Source: Botryllus schlosseri
Taxonomy: Eukaryota
Assembly: GCA_051294905.1 (NCBI GenBank)
Contig: CM119384.1
Coordinates: forward strand, 24,738,001 to 24,802,000
Length of the DNA: 64,000 bases
Direction of reading: 5' to 3'
Within the stretch, counting starts at the first letter, position 1. Every line of letters begins with the position of its first letter. Shown here in pieces: positions 36,666 through 51,600 of the stretch. Under the pieces are notes generated by a model. That model saw nothing but the letters and a program-made list of their open reading frames with translations. It searched no databases and was not told the DNA's origin. The position numbers and the translations under genes were made by a program.

Positions 36666-39600
36666 GTGAGGATGGTTTTTTGTGACTCGATTGTCGTCTT
36701 CACTTCCGGTCGACTTTGTTAACTTATTGCCCTAAGAAATGAATCTACTTTCATAATTTAAGTTGTGAGATGTGAATACATTAGTCTGTGAAAACTGCAA
36801 GTAGAAGTAGAAGTCTAATAACTACTACTTGAGTCACTGGTGCAGGTTGGGATAAGCAACATGTGTGCTCTAAACAAAATAGAGACTAGCGATCTACATG
36901 AGTAACGCTTATGAATAGTAGTGCTGCGCCACTGATCAACTCCATGTATACTACAATCCCTATTCTTCTGTTTCATGTCATCTATCTATAATTTCTGTCT
37001 TGATAACATGTGTGCTTTCAGCGAACCTACGATTGGCGCTGCTCATATCGCAGAGCAGAGGTTCCATGGCTGCGAGGATCGCGATATCGAAACAACTCAT
37101 CGAATGGGAAGACATGAAGGCAGATGAACACATGTCGCTAACGGCAATGAAGATTTATACGCTACTCGCAGGGAAGCCTGTACGTTTTCCGCACGGGTCT
37201 GGTGTCTCTGACGTCAGTTCTCCTTTACAAACAGTGGAGTGAAAAATGAAAAAAATAGAATTTCAAAGAGTGGTCTGGATGTACCTTGCCAAATATCAAA
37301 TAAATTACTTTCATCAAAATTAAATAGCTGGTTTGTGGTAGAGAACTTGAAGATAGCTTTCGATACAACATCCATTGTAGTAGAAAATATAATAAACTCA
37401 AAGACTTTTCGGGTGCCTCTTTTCAAGAGTTGATGGCACACTAAAGGGATTTAAACAGATTTAAAAGCAGAAAAGTCTTCGAGTTTAATAAATTTTCTGC
37501 TGCAATGGATGTTGTATTGAAAGCTATTTTATCATAATTTTAGTTTCACAATACCGTGGGTGAGATGTCAAAAGAATGTAATGGATTGATGTCTGTTAAC
37601 CACACCCCATTGATTAGAACTACTTTTATAAATTTACTGAAACAAATTAAGTCCCCCTCGGGGTCCGAACAGCCACTGATATAACTGCATATTGGAATGG
37701 CAGCTGCCAGCAGTATGACCTTGCGATATCAATAAATTTCAAACAGCATCCATCAATAGACTTGGACTTCTTATCATCATGCTGTTGTTTGTATCACCCT
37801 ACTCCAGATTGAAAACACAAACTAGTATAAGCGGTTATCAAGATATGGCAACATTACCTATTTTCGCCTCGTTCCGTGAAATTGCATGGCCACTAGAGGG
37901 TGCACGAACCCAAAATTATGATAGACGTAATTTATTTGATATTTGGCATCACATTTTGAAATTCAATTGTATTCATTTTCCACTTCACCCTACTTTACAA
38001 TCTGAAAATTTTCATTGATGTATACTGCTATGCATCTGTTCAAGTCTCTCCTTGCATTAGCGTATATAACTTCAATTCGCACCAGTTTTCCTTTTGATGA
38101 TTACTATGTAGTTAACTGGTACCGTTAACTTTTTCCAGCGTTATTTTTAAAATTACATACTTAGCTAAATAGGTTTTCATTTGAATGTATGTCGGTTTGT
38201 TTCTTTGCCTTGCAGTACACTTAGTTTAACAAACCAGCAATCGGGAAGGGTCAAAGTTGTCAGCATTACTACTCGAGTGGAAGGAGAACTATTGCCCTAA
38301 ATTTCTACTCAATTAAGAGCAGGTGTATTCATTTCATAGACATTCCAAAGCTACTTCAAGTGGAAGTTGACAATGGAAGCCCTGAACATTACTCAAGTAT
38401 TAGACACCGTGGTTAATTGTTGCTTTGCATCAGTTTTTTTGTCATTATTATGAGGTCTCTGAGGCGCGTAGCCAGCCGAAAAATAAGGGGGGGGTTTGAA
38501 ATAAAAGGGGGGGGTTCGATTTTTTCCGAATTTAGTAACGTATCATTGACTCATTAGGGTTAAGTACATGCGATGCGTAAATAACGATTACACAACATCC
38601 CCGTGTTGGCGATTATAGGCGTATGATAGGCTTGTCGACGAGTCTGGAAATGCCGTTAATTAGCGACTCCCTGATCTGTCGTGAACAATGAAATACGCAC
38701 GCGTCTACGTCGCTTATCAACGCGCTGAACGATTAAATTCGCGCGCTTGTCAAAGCGTCCAACAATTGAATACGCCCGTTCATCAATGCGTCTTGCGTCT
38801 TACGTAGCCTCGGCGACGATTTAGGCAAGTAAAAATGTACGAGTTTTAATGGAATATGTGCTATAATGACGCCGATTTCAGGTGGTACAAACCTTTACCT
38901 CTTATAACTCAAGCCTACAGGACTATCACTGAAGACTAGTGGAAATCAATTACGCATGTACGCACGCGTCGAACATGATTGCGGACATTCGTTGTCATTC
39001 AGTTACGAGATGTCACTCTTTAATCACAATCGCTAATCAGCATATACTTGATAGCATTTTATCTAAGCCGTCGAGAAATAGGAGCCAAAGCATGGTAGGC
39101 CCAAGACGCGGTAGTTAGGCTAGCGATATCTTTAGTACTAGGCCTATTCCAGATGCGATTGTGTAGGCCTACGAAGATATCGTGCACACCAAGCCAATGC
39201 AGATGTGATTGTGAAGGCCAGCAGTGACGGTATCGTGCGCCGCGGGCCTATTGCAGATGAGATTATTCAAGCCAGCGGAATTAGGCTTGTTGGAGACGCG
39301 GTAAATCAGGCTAGTAATGATTGCCGAACGCGCGACAATGAATGACCTGATTTCGCCAATCATCTCAGCAGGAGATCGTGTCGCGTTACATTGTGCAGTG
39401 CAATGCGCACAGACCAATCTCGCTAATTAGCAACACGTCTTTCGTTAATTGGCCGCGCCTTTCGTTAATACGCCGCGCGCAATACTGATAATATGACTTA
39501 TTGAATTGCAAACGAGTATTAGCGCCAGAGCGGTCATTTAAAAAGAGCAAGGTTTCGCGTTAAAGGAGGGGGTTTCGCGTTTCTAAAGGAGGGGGTTTCG

Positions 39601-42600
39601 ACCCCGAAACCCCCCCCCCTGGCTACGCGCCTGGGTCTCTCCTTCTCTGGATGATGGTTAGGCCTAATGACTAGGGCAAGTTTTTGTTGCACTAAAATCG
39701 CGAGAATGTTGCATTTAATTTTAACAAAAGTTGAAGAAAGAAGTTGCATTAATTATTTTTGTTGAATTATTATGAGTATGAGATATTCTACTCGAAAGGT
39801 TCCGTTGTATAACCTAGCTACAGTAGAGCTGTCAAATTTGTTACTTCGCCATTTAACAGTCTGACGAAACTGCCAAAAATTACATTTTTTTTCCCGGTAC
39901 ATTGCAAGGAAATAACACGATGCGGGAATAATTTCCCCCAAAAAGCCAAACAGCATATCGATAACCACCTCCCCCTAAATCAAAAAAATAACACACCCCA
40001 AACCCCCTAGGTCTGCAAACTTGACCCAAGGCATTGCAGAAAAACTCACTCTTGACGACTTTAACAAAATCAATAGCTTGAAAAAGGGGACCCAGTGAAA
40101 ATGTAATTTTCGGCGGTCTCGCCTGAGCGTTCGTTAAATAGGAAACTATTTCGAATTTAAAGGACAAAATTAATAAAGCGATCTATTTACACATTATTTA
40201 CAGTCGTGCTTGGCAGGGGGTGTTGAATTTCTCTCCATTATGTCATAGATAACAGTGAGATTCGACTAACCCAGTGGTTTCCAACCTTTTTCGACCTATC
40301 GCCCCCTTTTCAAGGTCAACACCGATCATCGCCCCCCAAATTTTGTGTACCGAAAATTGGGCATAGAAACTGTAATCACCGGCGAGTTGACTATTAAAAA
40401 AAAAGATCAAATTTTCAGCTCGATGTCTAATTTGACACACTTTTGTAACTAAATTTCCGTGGGTTGACTAGAAAAAGAAAAAAAAGGTCAGCCGTTTTAA
40501 CGCGTCATCGCCCCCTTCGCTATTTTCACCCGCCTTCGCTATTTTCGCCCCCCTGTCGCCCCCTTTGTCATTTTCGCCCCCTAGACCGCCAAATCGCCCA
40601 CGTTGGGAACCACTGGACTAACCCATCATATAGTTCTTTGTTATGCTTGAAGAGAGTAGAACCATGCTAGAAATAGTTTATAGCATGCTTTTAAATCACT
40701 CATTTACATTTTATGCAATATTTGACCAAAGTTGCAGTAAAAATTGGCTATGAAAAATAGAGAAAAGTTGTAGTATAAAATCCCTCCAAGCTGCTTTAAA
40801 CATCATAGTACATAGATTCTGAGTATCTACGAAGCTGTCGAAAGCTGTAAAAAAGTTGCAAAAACTTGCCCTAGTAATGACCCACATGTAACGTAGGCTA
40901 ATTTTTCAGGCAACTCTCTATAAATATGTACAGATGCTTGGTGAGTTTTTTATCAGCCCTGAGAGATATTATAAGTTAGTACTTTTCGTGTTCCATAGAG
41001 GCATCGTTGACTCAATACACACTGACAGCTTTTTCTCTCATCCATTGCTTGACGTCTGTGAGTTTGTCAAGGTTTCACGCTTGAAAATCAATCATGTACG
41101 GTTACCAGATAACAGGCTCATATCGGCGCATTACCCCCTACCAATGCAGTAGCCCTATTTATAACAATTGCTGACGTGATATATTATGTAATTTAGATCT
41201 GGCTATCCAACAAAGGACAAATTAATCCGTTTGACGGTCTTGACTGGAAAAGATGTCTTCTCATGCACCTCCTTTTCATCGCACCGTCCAATGCGTCTCT
41301 GCAGCATGCGTTTGCGTTGTATGAAGATGCCTGGCAGGTCAGCGCATTAGTGACTTTACTCCACTGCTGCTGCTCCTAATATCAATACCGGTCTAATCCT
41401 CTCGTCAACCGTGTAAGGCAGGAACATGTAGACATGTGCTTCTCAACTGCCAGTCTGTGTCTACCTTCCTGCCTGGCCTGTCAGATATATTACAATTATA
41501 TATCTCCATAGCAAGATGTGAGAAGAAGTTGTACATTTGTCCATTGATCAGAGAAACGAAAGATCACATTTTAATTTGACTTTGACAGTATCTTTCTGCA
41601 TCCTGTTTTAAAGTTAGTGGTCTACTTCAATCTCAAGGCTCTTTTAACAGTCATATGTGAATGCTAAGTAATATTTTTACACTAATTGCGGCAACTCTCG
41701 AGCCTATAATTTAGTGACATTTGGCAGCATAATGGAGGCCAGCAAAGAGCAAACTGGCAGTAATTTTTATGAGAAACCCAAAAAGCAGAATAAAGCTGAA
41801 CTTGGCCTTGCAGAAAGTTTAGTGGAATTGTGCATAACAAGCGAACTATCAAAAATGCAACTCCGAATTTCTTTTGAGCTGCATAGACATGGCGATTTTA
41901 CTGGTCTGTAAACTAGAGAGGTTGAGGAGCACTGATTTATAGCGTTCTATGATACATGAGACCTCATTTTTATTGAGTTTGTGATATTACGCTTTTCCAG
42001 GGAAAAACGGAATTTGGTGCGTTTTGCGCCGCACCGATGCCCTTGTACATGGAGAAGAAATCGAATCTTTTCGAATATCCTTCGGAAGAATTCGACACGT
42101 CCGACATTTGCTATCACGTCATGAAGTTGTACTGCGACAGGTACTCATGAAATTGTATGTCGTATCTGTGGATTCTGTGAAGTACGGTAAATCATGCGAA
42201 ATAACATTGGTTGAAATACCAACCGTGTCAATACTATACCAATAAAAAGTCATAATACGGGTTGCGTGGTTTATGCAGCAATTTTTCAACAGCCGTATCT
42301 TCGGTTCTATTTGATCGATTTTGGTAAAATTTGGTTTTCTGAAATCAAAATGAAAAGTTTTGTGAGCCTACCAATTTTGATTAAAATCAGAGATGGTGGG
42401 TTACATGGCCTGGATCAACTTACATGAAATGACCCATCCATAATACTAATTTCTTCACTCTGGCCCCATTTTTCAAGTACCAGTTCTGATCGACGAAATA
42501 CCATAAATTGTAGCAACTTTATACTATTATTCGAAGTTACAGTGTAAAGCCTGTCTTGGCTGTCCGAGTGTCGATTCCATGGAAAATCGCGACTCCAGGC

Positions 42601-45600
42601 ATTGAAACTGTGTGATGATCTTTTTAGTCATCAGGTAATTTTTTAGACATCAAATGCCCTAACAGAGATGACTTTTTTATGGCTTCTGAAGTTTTGGGGC
42701 ACACGCAACCAAGGGGTCCACGATGAAAAAAATGAAAGAACCCCTCTGTCCCAGCGACAGAGTTGCCCAATGTTCTCTATTATCGCAGATCGCATAACCT
42801 GGATATCATACTCAGCACAACATCATCAGTTCCGGACCCTCTTGACATGCGGGCTTCTTGGAAAGTGTTTTGTGCGTTATGCGCAGCGGGGTTTCGCACA
42901 CAGCTGCCAGATATCTTGAAGACTACGCTGCACGTGTCGTTTTCATGTCAGCTCGAGACGATGGGACTTTGGGACTATGCGGCAGTTTCTTTGATGCACG
43001 TTGAATCCTATTGGTACGGACGTATAGTGTAATTTCCTGCTTTTGAGACTGTAAAGCGATTTTTTTCATGTAGGGAAAGAGAGATTTACATCAAGAACTT
43101 GCTGAGTCGGCATGTGGCTGTCACCGAAAACGACAAGGTAATTTTTGATGAAGATCTGTACAAGGATAGTCGTCATAATGAAGAAAGCACTTTAGAGCCA
43201 TAAATTCCAGCGCCGATAACTGCGCAGAGTCGATACTAGGTAAAGCAGCGTGAATGAAATATGACATATATACAGTGTTAAAGGCATGCAAAATACCTTC
43301 ACTTGGTGAATTTGGAATTAGAAATGTAACAGCTACTATTGCAGTGAAAGCGATGCATCAATATTGTATTAGTGAATTCTAAAATGAATATTTCACTGAA
43401 CTTTAGCGGGAATTCAGGTGTACTGCACTTTGTCAATTCGCCACTAGACACTTGGTATGCATGTATTAATGATGGACTGCTATTTATTCTCCTTGCAAAA
43501 TGGGTTTATTATAGCGGTGTAAATCACAAAATACACGAAGAGATGCCTTATTTCAGTATCTTTTGCCTGCACATAATTCAGTGTGGTCTCAGTTCCTAAA
43601 CATAGCATGGCAATGATGTCATGTCCTTGTTTCGGACTTGAATCATTGGAAGGGGTTATGTTTTTTTATAACGTCATTTGTTGTAGTACATTATCAGGGT
43701 CAACTCACTAAATAGACCCCATTGTTACGGTTTACAGTGTGAAAGCTTAGCCAGAAGTCCACTGTTGTGCAGCATAATGGTGGTGTAACATCAAATATGC
43801 ATCTTCAGTAAGCTACTGTGTCACTGCAAACAACATCACATACTAATATTTTGTCCTTGAAAGTTTCATTGATGAAGTTAGCTGTATCACTTTCTGCAGC
43901 TACTATTCCTTTTAATTATGTCTCGACTTATAGACCTCCCTTGGCCTCTACGATCCAAGGGTACATATGCTCTAAATCAGAGGTCTCAAACACGCGGGCC
44001 GCATGCGGCCCGCAAGAGCATTTTGTGTGGCCCGCGACGGCATTTTGGAATTTCAAGTAATCTACAATATATTCAAGTGTCATATATCTTTTTTAGATAT
44101 GAGAACTTGAAGTTCACGCTAGCTATACTATATAAATCACTGAAATCCCAACAAAATTCACTAACACAACACATTTTAAAAGCTACCTTGCGGTAGATCA
44201 GCGATGACGTCAAATTTCTAGTTCATGATGATAAAACATGACCCGTTGATGATTCAGGACTGAAAATTGTGATTTAATTTGGTGTGACCTTCTCGTAAAA
44301 TTACTCGATTTCGGATTGACTGGGTGATTGAATAAAAAGGACTCGAGTTGGGTCGGGTCAAATGTTAAAATCGGAGAGGGACTTGCGACTCGGAGCGGTG
44401 ACTTGGTAATCCTACGGACGCAACAATCTATGAAACTGTCATGAGGAATAGTAATACATGAATAGGTAGTAGCTTGCGTTGCGTAATGTATATAGTTATC
44501 TAATCAGGTCAGTGTGACAACCATCGGTATTCTGGGACCCCCGTGACGTATAGGCCTTAGTTGGTTACATGCTGGGTGTTGTTTGTTATGTTTATCCATG
44601 TAATTATCGGTGGCGAGTAAGGTATAGTAGTAGACTCTACAGCTGTGACACCAATGAATTCTTCGCCGATTGGTCATTTCTATTACAGGGGTTCTTAACG
44701 ATGGTCCGTATAGGCTACCCCATCGGGGTACGAAGTACCACATCAGAGTGTACGATAAGCATTGTGGAATTAGGCCTATTGGCTGTGTAATATTTTATTG
44801 ACCAATTTATTCAACTGGAATTGAATTGTCTTCGCGCTACGCCCGATTTTATGTGAATGGACTTTCTGATTTAATATAGGTACCATCAGAAATTGTGTTG
44901 AAAATGGACAGGGGCTGCGAGAAAACTTATTGGAAGCGCAAAGGGTACAATCGCTAAACAGATAAAGAAGCAATGTTATTACTATGGCTCAATAATGATT
45001 ATATTTAAGTTGTTATTGATATGTTCCAATAATGGAAGGCAGAATCTAACGGTGATTTAATCTGACTTTGGCAAAGACAGTAACAATAGCCGATACTTAT
45101 CACGATTCACGACTATATCAAAACCAGAATTAGGCTACACCGCTCAAATGCACTGATATCAGCTCAATCGTCAGTAGATTGTAAAATAATCTACATAAAA
45201 TTGTGGCACGTCAAAGGTCAACTATAGCTGCAATATTATAACTCGGCAGTTTTACGATGTCATGATGCATCCTCTCGCATGATGTTTATAACTCATTAAT
45301 TAAAAAAAATTATGCCCGGCACAAAATCAATTTAATTCAATTGTGATTTTTTTCCGTATCAAGCGGCAATAGTACAATAGTAAATTACATTTCCATGATG
45401 TTTGTGGAATGCCTGTCCGCAAGGTCCCGTCAAATAAGGCCTACTTAGGAATTATACATTGAATATCCCTATTATTGATAGAGCGGCCCGCGACGTCAGC
45501 AAAACTAGGAAATTGGCCCGCGAGCACATTTGAGTTTGAGACCTCTGCTCTAAATCCACTAAAATTTGGGATTGATAATATTAAGGCTGTTTTATTTTAT

Positions 45601-48600
45601 GCTACTCGGTGTTCTACATGTTATATTGTCGTATTCTTATTTGTTATCTGCCTCATTGCGACTGCTTTTCTAGACTGGACTGTATGTCTGTGACACATAA
45701 CAACATAACATTTCATTTTTTCTACGACTTTTTCATTGGAATTTCAAATCAAGAAGCAGAAGCTTTTCTATGTTTTTAAACTGGTGCAACCTAGGAATAC
45801 TGGATTTTCAAGATACGCAACTTGAAGTAAGACTAGAACTACTCACTTTTCAAAGCTTGCTACTGGAATTGGAACTAGAACTAGCGACCTCAGAATACCC
45901 ACATCTAACGACCTACCTTCAATTCACACAACAGAACACTGGAATCACGATTCACGCCAAACGGTTTTCTAGTTGTTTGGCGAGAACTAACACTAGAACT
46001 AACAATGTCTGTGGTTGGGAATTTCAACTCTTTCTAAACTCAATCTGCTGATTTCGAGACCCATTGTTGTCACTACTAACCGTTGCATTGGCAGGCTAAA
46101 GAAGATTTTCTGACAGTCACACTGGGCATACCGCCATCTTGGATCAGCGAATGCAAAGCCCTTTATTCAAGATACCATGCGGATTTCAGATGCGAAGCCG
46201 AACAACTGGTCGCTGCCAAACAGTGGAAATGCGGTCACGACATGATCATGCGGCATATTGCGGCAGGTGAGATGGTATAGTTGATGAATGTCTCGATTGA
46301 TTACAGGCATTATTACTATCGAAAATGAGTGCTTTATATGTTCACTACATACCTAAACATGATCAACTACTGGATTTTACATGTTTATTTCAAGGTCGCA
46401 AATTCTATTCAAATATAGTTTGCTTGTAGTCTCTAATAGCCTGAAGAGATAGACCTTCAGTTGATCACAAGCACATAAGCCTGTAGAGCAGGGGTGGGCA
46501 AACTTTTGAGCTCGCGGGCCGCATTCAACATCTGAATCCATTCGCGGGCCGCACTATATAAAATTGAGATCATAAACCAAAACGCAATATTGCTAGTATT
46601 TGATTATATAGTGAGGACATGAAGATAATATGTATGCTTATTTGAAACAAACCAAACATTGCTATGATGATATCGTACACGCGCCAGAAACAATGGCGAG
46701 ATTTCCTAGGCTGGTCGACCTCAATAACCAATTTGTCAAAACTATGGAGATGAAAGTCTGTTGTCCCGATTCTTAGAACAGGATTGAAATTTAAATCTGT
46801 GAGCAGATCTACTAATTCCGCTTTGGGCTCAGTTCCAGGACACACAATGCTGACAGCATCATAACCATGTTAGCTTCAAACACGCTTCTACGATATGTGG
46901 AGATTTCGCGCCCCCTTATCGTCATATCGCAAAACGCAAACAGGATGCTATAGCAAACCTAACGGATAGTTTGGTGGCGTGGGAGGTTACGGTTATTGAT
47001 GAAAGATTTTAAAATATGAAATTCATAATAAATACAGAGCAATCATTATGAATTGGAAGTAAATCGCGCGAAGCGCGAAAAAATTTTCAGTTGAGCTCAG
47101 CTTCGAGATCCTCTTCAGATGCTTTCATGACCACAAGGGGCACGCGTCCCCCAGGTTGAGACCCACTGCCTTAGAATTATCATGGATCATGGTATCATAC
47201 TTAGAAAAAGTTTAATCAAGTTCCTGCATTAATTCGATTTTTAGTACGCATTTTATCAATATTTTTAATAAGTTTCTCTAGACTCTCGCGGGCCGCACAG
47301 AACGGTGTTGCGGGCCGCATGCGGCCCGCGGGCCGTAGTTTGCCCACCCCTGCTGTAGAGTCATTAGCCACTTTTAGCCTGAATCTTAACCCCTAGAATT
47401 TTGAGGGATTGAATTAGAAAAAAGAAGTGGTCAACTTTAAAAAGTTCCAGGTTTTTCAATTGCTATAACTTTAGTTGGAATAGGAACTAGGACAGGAGTA
47501 TAAAGTGAAATTAGCCGAGTAGCAGTGCTTTAAAATCAACTAGTTTTCGGCAATTCTGGTATGATGAAGTATATCAACAGTGTACGCTGTAGCCCAGGGC
47601 CGGCCAACCCGTGGTCCAACATGTGGCCCGCGAGAAGGTTTTGAGTGGCCCGCGAGGTAATTCCGAAATTTCTAATATCATGAAAATGGATTGCGCAGAT
47701 TGTGAACTTGCAAGGCCAACCAAAAATTTGATTAGTCTGGCTGCAACACTTGAGTTGTGATGACAAGAATATCAGTTCCGAAGCATTGACAGATCCTTCA
47801 GCCATTCACATATTGGTAGGTCTCCGTACAGTACAATAAAGCAGAATAATTTGCGATAAATTTATCAAAGTTGAAAATTTTGTACAAGCTTAGCGCAATA
47901 TGTTGTCAGTCGATTTCGTGTTTTTAATATTGTTGCCCTTTTGCGAAAACGGAAGAACACCCAGTGTATCAGATTAAGTCTAACTATATTCGCTATTACG
48001 AGACAAAGTGTCGTTCAACATAAGCGACCGTTCGTTTGCGCTCGCAGTAAGACTGTCGACAATGAAACATAGACACAATATGATTGACGCATGTTGGTCG
48101 CAGCTTTCGATATCGATGTGTCCATGCGCCGAATAGTGCAGTCCTCGCAAACTTAGCCCGGCGATATACAGCAGGTCCGCAATCTAGTCAAGTGGCAATA
48201 TTATTGACCTATGAACTTCGAAAAACTTTCGCGCTTTGCGCGGATAGTGGCCCGCGCATAAGTTCGTTAATCGAATGTGGCCCTTTGGCTAAAAAGGTTG
48301 GCCAGCCCTGCTATAGCCCAACTGATTTTTATCGTTTCTCCGATAATTTCAAGTCGATATCTCACTATTGGTATCGGCCATTAAAGGTAAAAAGATATGT
48401 TGAATTTTTTGTGAAGTCACAGCTAGGTTGTGATTATCAAACTCCTCTGTGTTTACATCTACCAGCTGTGAAGCTGTTGCCCAGCAAAGTGACCAGTTCT
48501 GATGTAGATTGTAGAAAATAGCTGCTTGTCGGTCTGTCCTGTTTGCAGGCTACCGATTTGGAAAGCAAATATATGTTTTCAATCAAATGTGCTCGGCGGT

Positions 48601-51600
48601 GTCTATGTTAACTGTGTCCATTCGATTCAGACGCTCTTATTGACGATGAGTTGCCATATCTGATGGAACTACTGAGGCCTTTTGAATCTGTGGACGTTTC
48701 CGTGTTGATCCCGAACTGGGAGATTGCCGGCAAGGTTTATCTCGACTACATGAAGATAAATGCCCAGATCGAAGTGATTCACGAGGTTAGCAGAATTTGG
48801 TATTGTATTTTGTCTTTTTAAAACTTTGTAAATATTGCCGTTCTTTGGTCAATGCGATGCACTTGGGGTCTTCGCACTCGGTCAGTGAGCAATCTACTCT
48901 TCGGGCGACATCGATACTGTAATCTACCGATTAATCTTCATCAATTCCAGTATAAACTACTGGTTTTAAAGAATCACAGCTAGAACTAGAACTTCTCAGA
49001 AAAACAATAGCCAGTTGACCGTAAACTAACATGGATGGTAGGCCTAGTTTGTAAAGGTGTCAGTAGCCTGCATTTGTTCAAAAATCAACTTGTATTCAGA
49101 TTTCACGTAGCCTACGACCCCGCGAAATTGTTACTTTGCCCTGAAAAAAAGCGCTAAATTTGGACCAATACCCACCCGAAGAAGCAAATTTATTTCACGA
49201 GAAAATTTTACATTTGAAACGACAGTATGCTTCTTACAATGGGATTTTCTGACCCTAACCAACCTGGTTTCACGGGGAGGTATTGAGCCAAATTTGTTGT
49301 CCAGCAAATCATAATTATTGTATTGCTGCTCATTCTCGCTGAATGATCTGAATCTTTGTCGCAGATACGGAGCCAATCATCCAACCCCCATTGATCTGCT
49401 GCACACAAAGTCATGTCCTAACAAGCCGAAGAGCAGGCTTTTGCACTTTTTTACACCTTTGGAGTTTGAAATTCCAGGAAAAATTAAAAAACCTAATGAA
49501 ATACTGGTTCATATGGTGATCACCTGTTAGATTGATAAAATGATAATAATACAACATACACTAATCATGACCGTTTGTTTATCAGTTATAAGATCTTAGT
49601 GTGATGGTTGAGCTTGTTTTTGCTCGGATAATGTGAGCGATGTGTTGGTTTGTTGGTGGAAAGAAAAACCTAATTCTTGATATAGAAGTCGCTATTGAAA
49701 TGAACACACCTCACTGATTCAGGTGGACACGGATTTATCGGAAATCAACTTCGAAGAACTGAAGCAATCCATCACCTCGTTGTGTCACAGAATTACCAGC
49801 CTAGAGACGAGGCACGCCAGGCACAGACTTGCTAAAGCAGGTATGGTATACCGTGATGTCTGGTCTCATTTCAGGCACTCGGCTGTGCGTTTTTGAACGG
49901 TTTTTGATTGTTTAATGAAGTAAGTAGAGAAAAGTAGTCAAGTTTTGTTCCCGTTACATCTCGAGCATTTTATCTCGTCAATTCTCCATTATTGTGGCGC
50001 TCTTTGCGGTGTCAGGTGATTATTGCTTTCTTTGGGATAAGGGCCGCGCTCCATGATTGGAGCACTTAAATCTGAATCGAGCATTGATTGTAATGCTCCA
50101 GTAACAGGAGAAGACTTTTTTGGGGTAATAAAACCAAACACTCCTTGCCCCTAACATGTAAGACAGGAGTGGCCAACCTATTTGGCCAAAGGGCCACATG
50201 AGAATCATGAACCACTGTGCGGGCCACTTGAATGTTGAAGTCCTTTTTTTAGTCGTCCGATAGCAGCTGGCCTGATTAGGTAATGTAGAAAAATAGGACT
50301 TATACACTACGCATCGAAATCGATAACAATTAGGACTTGAAGTCTCTGCGAAATTGTCCTAGCCGCTCCATGCGCGAAATATTTCAAAAATGAATGAATG
50401 ATTGAATTCAGAGAATAAAAATGTTAGCTGCATATATATTGCCGGCCGTCCCTGTACACCGCGGGCCTCATTTGGCCAGGACATGATTAATCTGCGCTTT
50501 GACATATCAATTTCGAAGATTTCAGTGAGCACGAGTTTATCATTTCGTGCAAATTTCAGGGGGGACACCATTATTAAAAGCAATAAATTGAGTGACAATA
50601 AATCGCGTCAAGTGCTAAGAAAAATATCAAGTCAACCAAATCTGCCACGGCATATTTTACTTCATGGTCATAAACGAAGATCTACGAAAATGTGGATTGC
50701 CCCTGACTACGCCAATGGGCCGGAACTGATATCTTCGTCATGAACATCCTAAAGTTCGCAGTAATGCTAATCAAATTTTCAGTTGGTCTTGCAAGTTCGC
50801 AATAAATTACTTGGGTGATTTATTTTTAATATTGTAACTAATTTCGAGAATTACCTAGCGGGCCAGTCGAAACCTTCTCGTGGGCCACGGTTGTAATACA
50901 TCAATGTCAATTATAGTTTTTATATTAGTTTCAATGTGCAATAGAATGTGGATTATCCGCAGCGTACAAAACGTATACAAAGCTAGGCACGCTAGTGGAA
51001 ATGACATGTCTCTCACGGTTACGCAATCCGCTGCATTGTCACAAAGAGCAATGAAATATCCTTGGTCGAAAACATATCAAGTCATCTTTAATGTAATGTA
51101 GCGCTGGCAATATACGCTTTTTTCGTAGTGTAAAAGGGAATAATCTTGATTTTCCCTATTTGGGATATTGATGATGAATTCAGAGCAGGGTTGTAACCAA
51201 TGTTCCCTCTAATTTTTCACGAGTCTGTGCAAACACGTCAACTCACTGCCTAGGCCCTTGGACAGCAGTGCGCAACCAACCTCCACCCCCATAGGGTGAT
51301 AAACGAACTCCCCCAGACCCGCCTCGGCATTTAGGTTTTTTTACCGATCATTATCATCTACATTGGGTCCCGTTTAATCGATGGGTGAAAAATTGATATG
51401 ACCCATGATTGCATTGGTCAATATCATCGGGAATTGCATATATATTGCTATCAATTTTTATCCTCTCCATGTTCACATAATCAGATTTACCGGTAGAGCT
51501 GATCGAGTGAGGTGTGTTGGGATAGATTGGCCCTTTGAATAATAATGACATCTACGGGCCTACTCGTAGGTATAATGACTTCGATACATGATGCTATTTC